DNA of 63,154 bases, taken from Stramenopiles sp. TOSAG23-2. Its lineage: Eukaryota. Shown piece after piece: positions 45,046 through 56,600 of this stretch. Under the pieces are notes generated by a model. It saw nothing but the letters and a program-made list of their open reading frames with translations, was not told where the DNA came from and did not search any database. The translations under genes were made by a program, and so were the position numbers. The stretch spans positions 1 through 63,154 of the forward strand of contig LT649247.1 in assembly GCA_900128395.1 (NCBI GenBank), in the 5' to 3' direction. How positions within the stretch are numbered: position 1 is the stretch's first letter; the number at the start of each line of letters is the position of its first letter.

Positions 45046-46278
45046 ATGATACATCAATCAGCTACAGTTGTCCCATCATCAACACAACAACGTCGTAAAA
45101 AACGTAGACGTAACGCAGTATGTGCTTCAATGATTTCAGAAACACTTCGAAAAGAATTATTAGCTTTATCATTTGAATATGCAGATGAAGAAATGAAAGG
45201 TATTGATGAGGAAGAAAAGTTTTCGACTATATCAGCATGTGGTGATAAACCAAGTACTGATTTTCAAAATAGAAATTTAATTGGTCATATGATACATTTA
45301 AATCAGACTAAAAGTTATCGAAGAAATACATTTGATATTCATGAGTTTGCAAAACTAGCTACGGATAAGTATGTTTTGCCAGCAATTGCAATGTCCATCT
45401 TTTATGATTTAGATGCAAATTGTGGTGGGATGTTTCATAAATTGAATATTAATGCAGAGAAATTACAAAATTATCTTGTCGATATTGCAACTAAATATGT
45501 AAGCACAAATTGCTTTCACAATTCAATCCATGCAGCTGATGTTGGCCAAACTATCTATTCCCTCCTATATAATAATCCAAATTTATTAAAACGTTTGAGT
45601 GACTTGGATCAATTTACATTATTGCTCTCTGCATTTGTACATGATGTAGCACATAATGGAACAAACAATGATTTTTTAATCAAAACGTTATCCCCATTGG
45701 CATTACGATACAATGATCAATCCGTTTTAGAAAACTTCCATATTTCAACAGCATGGGAAGTCATTACTTTACATGAACGGAATAATTTCATGGAAAACAT
45801 GACATTGGAAAATAAAATGCGATTTAGAAAATTATTGATTAAAGTCATTTTAGCTACTGATAATTCAAAACATTTTGAGAAATTAATGCAATTAAACAAT
45901 ATGAAATTTTCTGGTATAAATGTTGATACAGATTTGTACAACAATAAAGATTTTATCATGGAAATTTTATTACATGCATCCGATATTTCAAATCCTGCAA
46001 AATCATATAAAATTTATGGCCAATGGGTTGATAGAATCATGGAAGAGTTTTATTTACTTGGTGATTTGGAAAAAAGAAATAATCTTCCAATTACAGAAAT
46101 ATTTAAACGTGGAAAGTCAAGAGCAACCGTTCAACATGGATTTTTAAAATATTTCGTTCAACCATTGTTTAAATCAATTGAAGAAAATATCGATGGTGTC
46201 AACGTAACAAAATTGTTACAAAATATCCAATCTAATATGGATCATTGGGAGAAATTAATGGAAAATGAAAACGTTTAA
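45046..46278 (+). CDS. Class I 3',5'-cyclic nucleotide phosphodiesterase
   Basis: FHNSIHAADV, HDVAHNGTNN, YNDQSVLENFH, ILATD, LHASDISNP, EEFYLLGD. Confidence 0.93.
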   Translation: MIHQSATVVPSSTQQRRKKRRRNAVCASMISETLRKELLALSFEYADEEMKGIDEEEKFSTISACGDKPSTDFQNRNLIGHMIHLNQTKSYRRNTFDIHEFAKLATDKYVLPAIAMSIFYDLDANCGGMFHKLNINAEKLQNYLVDIATKYVSTNCFHNSIHAADVGQTIYSLLYNNPNLLKRLSDLDQFTLLLSAFVHDVAHNGTNNDFLIKTLSPLALRYNDQSVLENFHISTAWEVITLHERNNFMENMTLENKMRFRKLLIKVILATDNSKHFEKLMQLNNMKFSGINVDTDLYNNKDFIMEILLHASDISNPAKSYKIYGQWVDRIMEEFYLLGDLEKRNNLPITEIFKRGKSRATVQHGFLKYFVQPLFKSIEENIDGVNVTKLLQNIQSNMDHWEKLMENENV

Positions 46279-46496
46279 AAAGGGAATACCAATGAAGGTA
46301 AATAGATGGTACTGGTATGCATATGATAATTAAATATCAACATTATGAACTGTACTGATAATATCATATGTACGAAGTAATATGCATATCAATATATGAT
46401 ATCATACCCCAGTCTATTAAATATTTACACACACATGTGACCGCACAAGACATCTGATAAAAAGATATAGTGTGTGTATAAAAGTAACAATTAAAA

Positions 46497-46575
46497 ATGC
46501 ATATATATGCATAACTTATTTTTTAAATTTACTCAAATGATAATTCCTATCATACTCTCCAGAAAGAAAATATAT
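46497..46575 (+). repeat. Dispersed 3'-flanking element, copy E
   Basis: tgcataacttattttttaaatttactcaaatgataattcctatcatactctccagaaagaa. Confidence 0.8.
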
Positions 46576-46833
46576 TTATTATGATACAATAAAACTCGTA
46601 TGATATGCATATCATATGATATAATTGATGGTTAAAATAACTCCGTATGAGTATATAATATTAAAAAATTTAAACCATCTCATCATATAAAAATAATTTA
46701 AATTTACGAACTTCGTATAGATATTACTTTTCGTACAAAATAAAAAATACGAAGTGTATGGCATTTATGTTAATACACCAGAACGCGCGTAAATTTTAAT
46801 ACTTTCATATTATTTAACACACACAAACCCAAA

Positions 46834-48352
46834 TTATATTGCTGCAAAACGATCTATTGTTGTCACCATTTCTACATCAAAAATTCCTCTTTCGTCTTCT
46901 TCCTCTACCTGTTCATTATCATTATCGTCGTCTATATCATCATCATCATCATCATCATCAAAACTATTTACTTGTTCATATTTCTGAGATTTCAATATTG
47001 TATTATTATTATTATTTTGATGATTACGTTTAAATTTTGCAAAAAGTAAAATACCACAAAATACTAAAAGCAAACCAAAAATATTTGTAATTGATAATTT
47101 CTCATCGTAAACAATTACAGCCATACCAATTAAAAGAATATCTTTGACTTTTGCAATTACATCTGTTGTTAAAGCAGATGTATGGTGTATTAATTTGAAT
47201 TCTACTATTAATAATAATAACGCAAATAATCCGCCACACATGGAAACAATAATAAATTCTTCAAGAAATTGAGAGGCTAATGATGGGTTGTTCAAACTGT
47301 TGTAATAATTTACAAATCTATCTTTTTCTACATATAATGAAGCTATAAATGTAAATATCGTAGCACTTGGTGATAAAAATAAAACTAAATTCACAACTGA
47401 TATTTTTTCAATTTGCAATGCATATTGTGTCAAAGTCCATCGCATTGCACCAAAAACAACAGCAAGAAATGCAAACAACATACAAATGATATTGAATTCT
47501 GGGTTACTCCACAACGCCAATACAGCACCAATTGCTATTAAAAATATGTATATACCTAATTGTGCTTTACATGGTTGAAGCTTTGAACAAATACCAAATA
47601 ATAACGTTAGTAATATTCCACAATTTTTCACAACAGTTACAATGGATATCTGTCCATATGTTACAGCTAAATTTGTAAATCCAATATCAGCCTTTTAATT
47701 ATTTATATAAATATATATATATATGATGAATGAATGAATAATATATATAATATATATATATATATATAATATTATAGTACAGTATGTTTCTTATTAGTAA
47801 ATCTCTTGTATTGGTAGTAATATAGATAATAGTATTAATAATAATGTAACTTACACCCGTAAAAATGCCAATTGGTACAATATATAATGATAATACTTTT
47901 AATGATGGAAAGACAATTTCAAATGTGTTGTTATTATTATCTACAGCTCTATTATTTGAACGAATACATTTAGAAATTGATACAATAATAAGCAAAAAAA
48001 ATCCTTTCAAAAACATATGACAGGACGATAATAATAATGGAAAATTTAATTTTGTTTTGCTAAATACTAATTTATTATACAAACCAAAACAAATAGATAT
48101 AGCATACCACGATACTGTATATGTTAAAATTTCAAAATAGATCACATATTTTCTAGTAAAATGAGAATCATGAAAACATGATTTCAATATTAAGACAATT
48201 AAATAAAAAGTAAGTGCAACTCCAAGTAAAGCACCACCAAATTCACTAATTTCTAAAAACATAGTTAAAACATTATTATTATTATTATTATCATCAATTG
48301 TTTTTGTTACATTATTATTATTATCATTATTTCTTATTAATTTTCTATACAT
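46834..48352 (-). CDS. TPT/SLC35C2-like nucleotide-sugar transporter; exons 48352..47855 and 47691..46834
   Basis: YNKLVF...NFPLLLSSCHM; splicing at GTAAGT(47854)..AAG(47692) gives IGIFTG|ADIGFTNLA; MRWTLTQ and TSALT motifs. Confidence 0.85.
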
Positions 48353-48877
48353 CCTAATTGCCAAAATTATTTATTTGTATCTCTATATAATTTGGAATAT
48401 ACTGTATATATATATATAACAACTTTTTTATAAATGAATAAAATTTTTAATTCATTCTAATTCATCAGGCCTGCCGGCAGGATTATTTATGTATTTATAT
48501 TTATGCATGTATATTTTTAAAATTGATAATTTCAATAATAATACCTGTAAATTATGATGAGATGCGACGACGATATGGATGAATTTTGAATGATGAAGAA
48601 GAAATGATTACAGATTCCTCAGGCCTAATCTCTGCCCCTACGCAACACCTATAATATCTTAATCTTCTCTAATAATTAATATAGAGTGGTGTGTGGTGCA
48701 TTATTTATTTTAATCCAGCGGGCCAGGTCGTAGTAATGATGCAATAATATATATATATTAATTTAAATAATAAATAATAATAATACACATTATGAATAAC
48801 GGTATTTGATATAAATATTATATATATATATATATATATATGTATATACATAGAAATACAGAAAAAGGAAAGGGAGT

Positions 48878-49777
48878 ATGGATATTAATCAATACGATGA
48901 TGAACAGAAACCCATATTAGTATCGTCCTCTAACTTACCACTTGGGTATGCCAAACGTCCATTTATACATAATTATTATAGATTAAATCATGGTTTTTTG
49001 GATTGTATGAAAAGTATTTTTGTTCTTCATAATGAGACTATGAATATATGGTCTCATATTATTGGGGTCGTTATATGGTTATCTATGTATCGAAATTGTG
49101 CTGCTAGTGAAGCATATATCAAATCAGATTACTTAACTCAAATTTTTATCAATATTTCATACACGTTTTGTATATTTATGCCGTTCCTTTCATCAATATA
49201 TCACACTTTCAACATATCCACTAGTTGTTGCTGCATGTTATTTAATAATAAAAAAAATGAAATAAATAATTATGGAGTTATAGACAAGTTATTTTTGAGA
49301 TTCGATTTATTTGGCATAGTGTTATTGTGGTTTTCACGAGTTTTATTAGAAGGCCATCTTGTATTTTGGTGTGAACGAGATATTTTTAGCAATTTAATTA
49401 TGCTTGCTATTGTTTCATTTTTGATTTTTTCACCAATTATTTTGTACAAGATGCAAATTCTTGCATTTGGACCATTATTTATTATTGTCCACATACCAAT
49501 TGTATCAATGTGCATATCACTGTTTTGGAATACATACCATGCGTCGGTTTTAATATACATGGCTTATAGCATATCTGGTACTATATGTGCATTTGTTGCT
49601 TTTTATATTTATATTAACAAAATTCCTGAAGTATGGAGCCCTGGTAAATATGATTTATTTGGTCAAAGTCATAATTATTGGCATTTTCTTACATGGCTAG
49701 GACCTACCTTAGTATTGGTTGGATTTGATTACATGTTAAAATACCGTGTATTGAGTGACTTCAAATGTAGTTCGTAG
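48878..49777 (+). CDS. PAQR / adiponectin-receptor (hemolysin III) family membrane protein
   Basis: FIHNYYR, HNETMNIWSH, SSIYHTF, RFDLFGI, IPEVWSPGKYDLFGQSHNYWH. Confidence 0.92.
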   Translation: MDINQYDDEQKPILVSSSNLPLGYAKRPFIHNYYRLNHGFLDCMKSIFVLHNETMNIWSHIIGVVIWLSMYRNCAASEAYIKSDYLTQIFINISYTFCIFMPFLSSIYHTFNISTSCCCMLFNNKKNEINNYGVIDKLFLRFDLFGIVLLWFSRVLLEGHLVFWCERDIFSNLIMLAIVSFLIFSPIILYKMQILAFGPLFIIVHIPIVSMCISLFWNTYHASVLIYMAYSISGTICAFVAFYIYINKIPEVWSPGKYDLFGQSHNYWHFLTWLGPTLVLVGFDYMLKYRVLSDFKCSS

Positions 49778-50520
49778 TAGTGTAATCTCTATATATCTTA
49801 TATACGGGGTGTAATAATATTAAAATATAATTTTAATATATACATGAGAGCTTTATTAATATGATAGTAGGAGCAAATCCTTTTTTTAGATTGAGAGGAT
49901 ATTAACATATTATTTCTGGAGATTGAGTATTGAGCGTAGTCTCGGCGGTACATAGTATTTTCCATGGAAACAAAAATTATTTATTTTGTATCAAGATATC
50001 ATATATAAAAATTCTCTTATATTCATATTTACTTTATTATTTTAATATGATGTGGTTAAAATCTAAGTTATAAAATATTTATTTTTTTATTTATTAAAAT
50101 ATATATATAAATAAAAATTACGTACTTAAAATTAAAAATATTTTTTACTTTTTTTTTATTTTTATGGTATCATATTATTAATTTTAAAATAAATATTATA
50201 TATTTATTATACTTCGTGTAATCGCAGTTCTGATGCCCAAATATCTTTACACAACCTTGTGCCGATTACTGACTCTGATGCGAGTCATATTCATTGCACT
50301 TTAAACTGTATATGCAAGAAGGATCATGATATACTCTACCACGGTACGATGTATCACACACCTTTGAACAATACGCAGTTTTCAATTGATGCATATAATG
50401 CGTTAATTGCATCTATTTACCTCCACCAATATTTTTGTATCTTAAAAATATTGGCACACTCTGTGGATTTCAATGAACTCTATCGCAATGTTACGATTCA
50501 TTGTCCATCTTTCAGTTTAG

Positions 50521-50604
50521 TGAGATAGATTTGTCTCAGTTATTGTATTCTTTCTGGAGAGTAGGAATTATCATGAGTAAATTAAAAAATAAATTATGCA
50601 TTAA
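50521..50604 (-). repeat. Dispersed 3'-flanking element, copy F (reverse strand)
   Basis: Reverse complement: ttaatgcataatttattttttaatttactcatgataattcctactctccagaaagaatacaataactgagacaaatctatctca. Confidence 0.88.
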
Positions 50605-50679
50605 TTAAATATATTATATTATATATAAAAATAAAGAAAATGTTCAAACAGTACAGACAAAACGAGATATCACATCTAT

Positions 50680-53600
50680 TTACAACCGCCTCATCCTCTC
50701 TAGCCTCCTAGTGCATGCTACGCTATTTTGTTGAATTGTAGAGCATAATTTATCATCACTAAAATTATCACCAGTACAAGTTAAATGTTTAATAATGTTC
50801 TGTGCGATGTTCCAAACCGTATCTTGACCTGCGAAAAAAGCTTTTATCATAGGCTCAAATGGACCACCTTTAGAAACTAAACCTAATTGTGCCGCCAATG
50901 GACCACATTCTTTTAGTGCTCCTTTACAAGTTGATCTACAACTCTTGCGTTCTTTGCAGTCGATAGAGCATGATGGGAAAAATAAACTGCACATTTCTTT
51001 ATTTATTGACGGTATACATGTTTTTGGAATGCCTGGTAATAATTGTTGTACCATTGGAAGTGCTTGCTTGAATATCACATTAAATGCAGTTGCAACATCC
51101 TTTTGGTCCAAACCAAATGTGTTAGTACCACTAAATGTTTTCTCGCCACAACCTGCAAGTTTCGAAGCATCAATTTTGATACATTTTGAGCTCTCTTTTG
51201 CTGCCTTTTCTTTGGCTGCCTTTTCTTTGGCTGCCTTTTCTTTGGCTGCCTTTTCTTTGGCTGCCTTTACTTTGGCTGCCTTTTCTTTCTCTTCCTTTTC
51301 TTTTGCTGCCTTTTCTTTCTCTTCCTTTTCTTTCTCTTCCTTTTCTTTTGCTGCCTTCTCTTCCTTCTCTTTGTCTAACTCTTCCGCTTCATTATTAATA
51401 TCTTTTACAACGTCTTTCACTTTATCATCATTGCCACTCTCATCAGTTGTGCCAGAGCTAGCAGTTGTATCTAATGATTCACTTGCTCCAGTCGAAGCTT
51501 GTGGCTCTAATAATTGTTTTTTTATGCCTTTATCTTCCTCTACTTTTTCATCATGGGTTCCTGAGCCATCTATATCTACAGGATTTTTTATGTCTTTATC
51601 TTCCTCCTCCTCCTCCTCATTAGTCTCATCCGTGCTGCCACTACCAGTACTGTCACTACCAGTACTGCCACCGGTCGATGCTGGTGAAGAATCTACTTTT
51701 TCATCATGGGTTCCTGAGCCATCTATATCTACAGGATTTTTTATGTCTTTATCTTCCTCTTCCTCCTCATTAGTCTCTTTTGCTTCCTTCTCTTTTTTGG
51801 ATTTTTCAGCAATAGCTGCTTTTTTATCTTCTTCCATCTTCGTTTGTTTCTCCCTCTCTGCTACTTTTTTATCTTCTTCCATCTTCGTTTGTTTCTCCCT
51901 CTCTGCTACTTTTTTATCTTCTTCCATCTTCGTTTGTTTCTCCCTCTCTGCTACTTTTTTATCTTCTTCCATCTTCGTTTGTTTCTCCCTCTCTGCTACT
52001 TTTTCTTGAGCCTTCATCTCATGTGCATGTTTCTTAATGGTAGAAACATATCTTTGCATTGCTTCCATTGCAACATCTTCTGCCATTTTTGGCATTTTTT
52101 CTGGTGTACAATTTATTTTGTTTTCTGATAATAATGATGAGCATCCTTCTCTACTAGGATCATAAATGTCATCTGTGCATTGTTTTGAAATATTAAGAAC
52201 ACGTTGAAACAACGGCATGTTTTCACCCATAATACCTGTAACTATGGTGTTCAAAGCGCCACCGTTTCTAAATACGCTCAAAGAAATTGGTGTCAGAATA
52301 AGTTTGCACTCCTCTGCCGTTTCTTCACATGTACTTTTACATGGTGGCTGTGCTTCACATTTATCATTACAGCGTGGTAATAATGCGTTGCAAGTTGATT
52401 TTTGTAATAAACGTAAACATTTATCTGTCATTCGTTTGCCAAAAAATCGTTTTGTAGCTTGAAATGCTTTTTTCAATCTGTTGAAACCATCTGCAATTTT
52501 TTTGTGCGAATTGCTTAGTAAAGCTGATGTCGATGATGCCTCAAAAGATTTTGCATTACACATAGGCATGTTGTGGAAAGATTCGCATTTATTCGTTTTC
52601 AATTGGAGCAATTTAAATTTACCTGCAGCTTTTTTATCTGTAATAGATTTATATGTTTTTTCCAACTGTTCCTTGCTCAAAAGTTTTAACATTTCCGGCC
52701 CAGACGTTGTTCCCACGAGAGCTTTCACTACTTTTGAATCAAACAAGGCATACTTGGCATGTTTTGCTAATGTCTTTTGAAATTTAGATTTTAAACGTTC
52801 AAAATCATCTTCTTCTTGTTGCAATGCAATGGGTTGTAACAAATCTGAGGAAAAACCTTCCTCTAATAATCGCTTTCTTAACCTTTGGCTCGATTGGCAA
52901 GCTTCGATTAATTTGTATTGTGATTTTCGAGTTAACGATTGTTCGAAATAAAACAAAGTATTTCTATCCATTCTAAATACCATATGTTCAAACCGTTTAA
53001 TATTATCAGTCTCTTCATCCATTACTTCATTTGCTTTAATTACATCATGGATTAATTTTAGTGTTACTAATGCTAATTTCGGTTCTTGTTCTTTATTTGC
53101 TTCAATAAGTTTTGATTCTACATGCCTCATGGTATCTCGAACATATCCTCTGACAAATGGTCGTACATTTGATAGAATTTCTTTAATACGATCCCGTTTT
53201 TCATAATCACTCCATCTATTGATAACAATTGCTGCACTTTCCGCAGTCTTATGATTAAGCGCTTTCCATTGTTTCAATATTTTGCCTTCTTCATGCGTAG
53301 TTCTTTCTGGAACTAAACCTGCTGATGTATTCTTAAAAACAATTGGACCGTCATATACAATTTCTCCCGTAGTTGTTGCATCCTTGTCCTCTCCATCTGT
53401 TTCTATACCATCATCATCGCATGATCCTCCTTTGATCCACAAATTTGACCATTTCACTTGGATTTTTTTCCCTTCATGATACATTCCTCGTTTGAAAACT
53501 CCATATTTTCTCTCATCCTCCGTGCAACCGGTGCAATCTGGGAAATGACCTAATGCGCCTAAAAGACCATCTGCTCCACTGCAATGTTCATAACTACTCC

Positions 53601-56600
53601 AAGCGAAAAATACGTTTTTTGTACCAACTTTTGTTGGATAAAATGCACCTTGATTCGCACATTTATGATGCCCTGCTTCTGCAGAGAAGCCCGGCCCTTT
53701 TGTGTTTCCGAGCCACAATCTTAACTTTGCATTAGACCCATTCGTCGCTGTTACGCTGCTAGGAGTACCTGCAAATGTGTCTTGATCCCATGTATATGTC
53801 CTATGGAGAGTCTCCTTTTGGCCTTCGAGTTTAATTTGTTCCAGTATTTCTGCACCTTTTAAATTTTTGAAATTCATAAAATTTGGGTTTATGCATGATG
53901 TTTTATCAAATGGCGAACAAAATGGCATAATGTAGCGATCTCCACTTTCATCGCCTTTTACAAATTTTTCCATTTCAAATCTGGTCCCAACATTATGCGC
54001 AAGTAAATGGTAACCATATTGGTCGAGGTAGGATTCACATTTTTTACCAATCATATTAAAAGTGTGTGTATATCCGTTACCGGTCGCATCAGCTCCAGAT
54101 AAAGCTTTCTTGATCGCATCCGGGTCGCACATAGCACCAGTGTATTTTGGACTTAAACAAAACTCGTCAGAAGTTAAATGCTCCGATTCGCAAGTGTTTA
54201 ATTTACTTAACCATGCATCCATAACTTTTATTGTCGCGGAATTTTCTCCACCTGCTTGCATTGAAACCATTGAGCGATATGCACCACCTGGAAGAATCAT
54301 ATTTAATTGGCTACGAAATGCATCTGGGATACAATCACTCTTCAAATCTCCGCATGCCGATTTACACTGTTTCATTGGTTGGCATTTATCATCGCAACGT
54401 GGTAAAAGTTGTTGCATCATATCCGTTTTGTAGTCATTTTTGCATTTTTTAATAGTTGCAACAGTATCTGCTGGGAAAATACCAAAGTTACTGACCATAT
54501 CAAGTAACAAGATGATCTGGTTTGATCCATCAATCACTTCTTTCGCTGTAAATCCATCTGCGATGGTACCATAAAATTCATTGCCATTTAATCCTACCAC
54601 TTTTTTGCATCCTTCCATGAAAGGATTGCCCGTTCCAGTTTCATCTTCTTGTTCCTCTGGTCCTGTTGACTCCGATTCGTTATCAGTCGGTTCTTCTGGT
54701 ACATCTTCTGATCCAGTTTCATCTTCTTGTTCCTCTGGTCCTGTTGACTCCGATTCGTTATCAGTCGGTTCTTCTGGTACATCTTCTGATCCAGTTTCAT
54801 CTTCTTGTTCCTCTGGTCCTGTTGACTCCGATTCGTTATCAGTCGGTTCTTCTGGTACATCTTCTGATCCAGTTTCATCTTCTTGTTCCTCTGGTCCTGT
54901 TGACTCCGATTCGTTATCAGTCGGTTCTTCTGGTACATCTTCTGATCCAGTTTCACCATCTGATCCAGTTTCACCATCTGATCCAGTTTCACCATCTGAT
55001 CCAGATTCACCATCTGATCCAGATTCACCATCTGATCCAATAGCGCCACCAGTGGTTGATCCTGTTTCAGATGGTGATGCACCACCTACAACATCTTCAT
55101 CAACACCTGTCATATCCGTCTCACTGCCCGTACTGCCCGTATTGCCAGTAGGAGCCTCTTCCGTTTCACTTGGAACACCGATATCAACTTGTACGACATC
55201 CATATTATCGTCTCTTCTATATGGAACATCCATGTCGCAACCTGCCATGCATGGTTTTTCATCTTGCACACCATGTGGGCATTTATCTGTCAAGTCACTA
55301 CACTTTTGACACATATCATATTTAAAACCTTTCACCTCCAATGAGCAACCGTTTTGCTTACCATCGCAATAGTTCGCTTTGCAGTCTTTCTTACTCAGGC
55401 CTGAATCTCTCATCCTTATCATACATGCTTGTGCACAGGATAATAATTGATTACTTCCAGTCTTATAATCGTTGCAACAGAAACTTTTACTTTGGCAATA
55501 ATCGTAACACATTTCAGCATCGGTTTTATTTGCTTTGACAATTTGTTTGATTACATCATCAGTATTAGTTCTATTATTATTATTATTATTATTCGTATTA
55601 TATGAAAGAGTTTCTTCTTTATCGTCATCGTATAAAAATCTATTTTCTTCACGTATCTTATCACTAATATGTTTTTTAATAATCGTGGCCAGTTCAAGAC
55701 TGTATTTATTGTTTCCCATAGCTAATTGCTCTAGTTGAAATCTTAACACTCTTTCTTTGTATTTTGGCAGCGATATTTGAAACGATAGTCTCATACCTTC
55801 TGGGTCATTACATTTACCAGACACGCCAAGGAATCCCATATGATTTCTATCAATATTGAAATGCGATACGTAAAAATCAAGTAGTTTAGTAAACACTGAG
55901 ATAAGATCGGATCTTGTAATAGCATCGATACGTTCTGCATGGAATACTAGTTCTTGCTTTATTGTAGATTTAACTTGCCACGTAGGTGGCTCTTGTATAT
56001 GCTGTTGCCTGTGAAGGGTTAAATATTGCCTTACTAAACGGCTACCCATACCGGCACGTGATATCCAAGAAAATTGTGCATATTCATTGCCTTTCTTATC
56101 GACACGACCTTCAGATATTTCTTTTTGCGCCTTTAAAATATCATCAACACTAACATCTTTCTTGTCTTCAACTAAGGATGGCACAGGCTTGTGTTTGCTG
56201 CACCAAGTGCTGCACTTTGCTTCTAAATCTTCTTTTGTTTCTAACTCTGGTATTGGCTTACTAGTAAAAATTGGTTCTTCTGCTACTTCTAATAATGCAG
56301 CGTTATTTTTGCTATCACAATAATCGGTGCATTCTTTTTCCAAATTTTCAACTGGTAAATCGATTGGCGGTGTATTTGCTATTACGGTTGTAGCACTAGT
56401 TGCTGCACCGGTGGCTGTGCCAGTTGCTGATACGGCAGGTGCATCTGCAGGATTACATGGTGCACCTGTGTACTTTGCACTCAAGCATACTTTTGCATCT
56501 GTTACATATTCAGAGTTGCATTTATCCAATTTTTCTAACCATGCATCAATCACTTTCATAAATGGATCGCTTTCGCTCAATCCAATCATTGGAAGCATAC

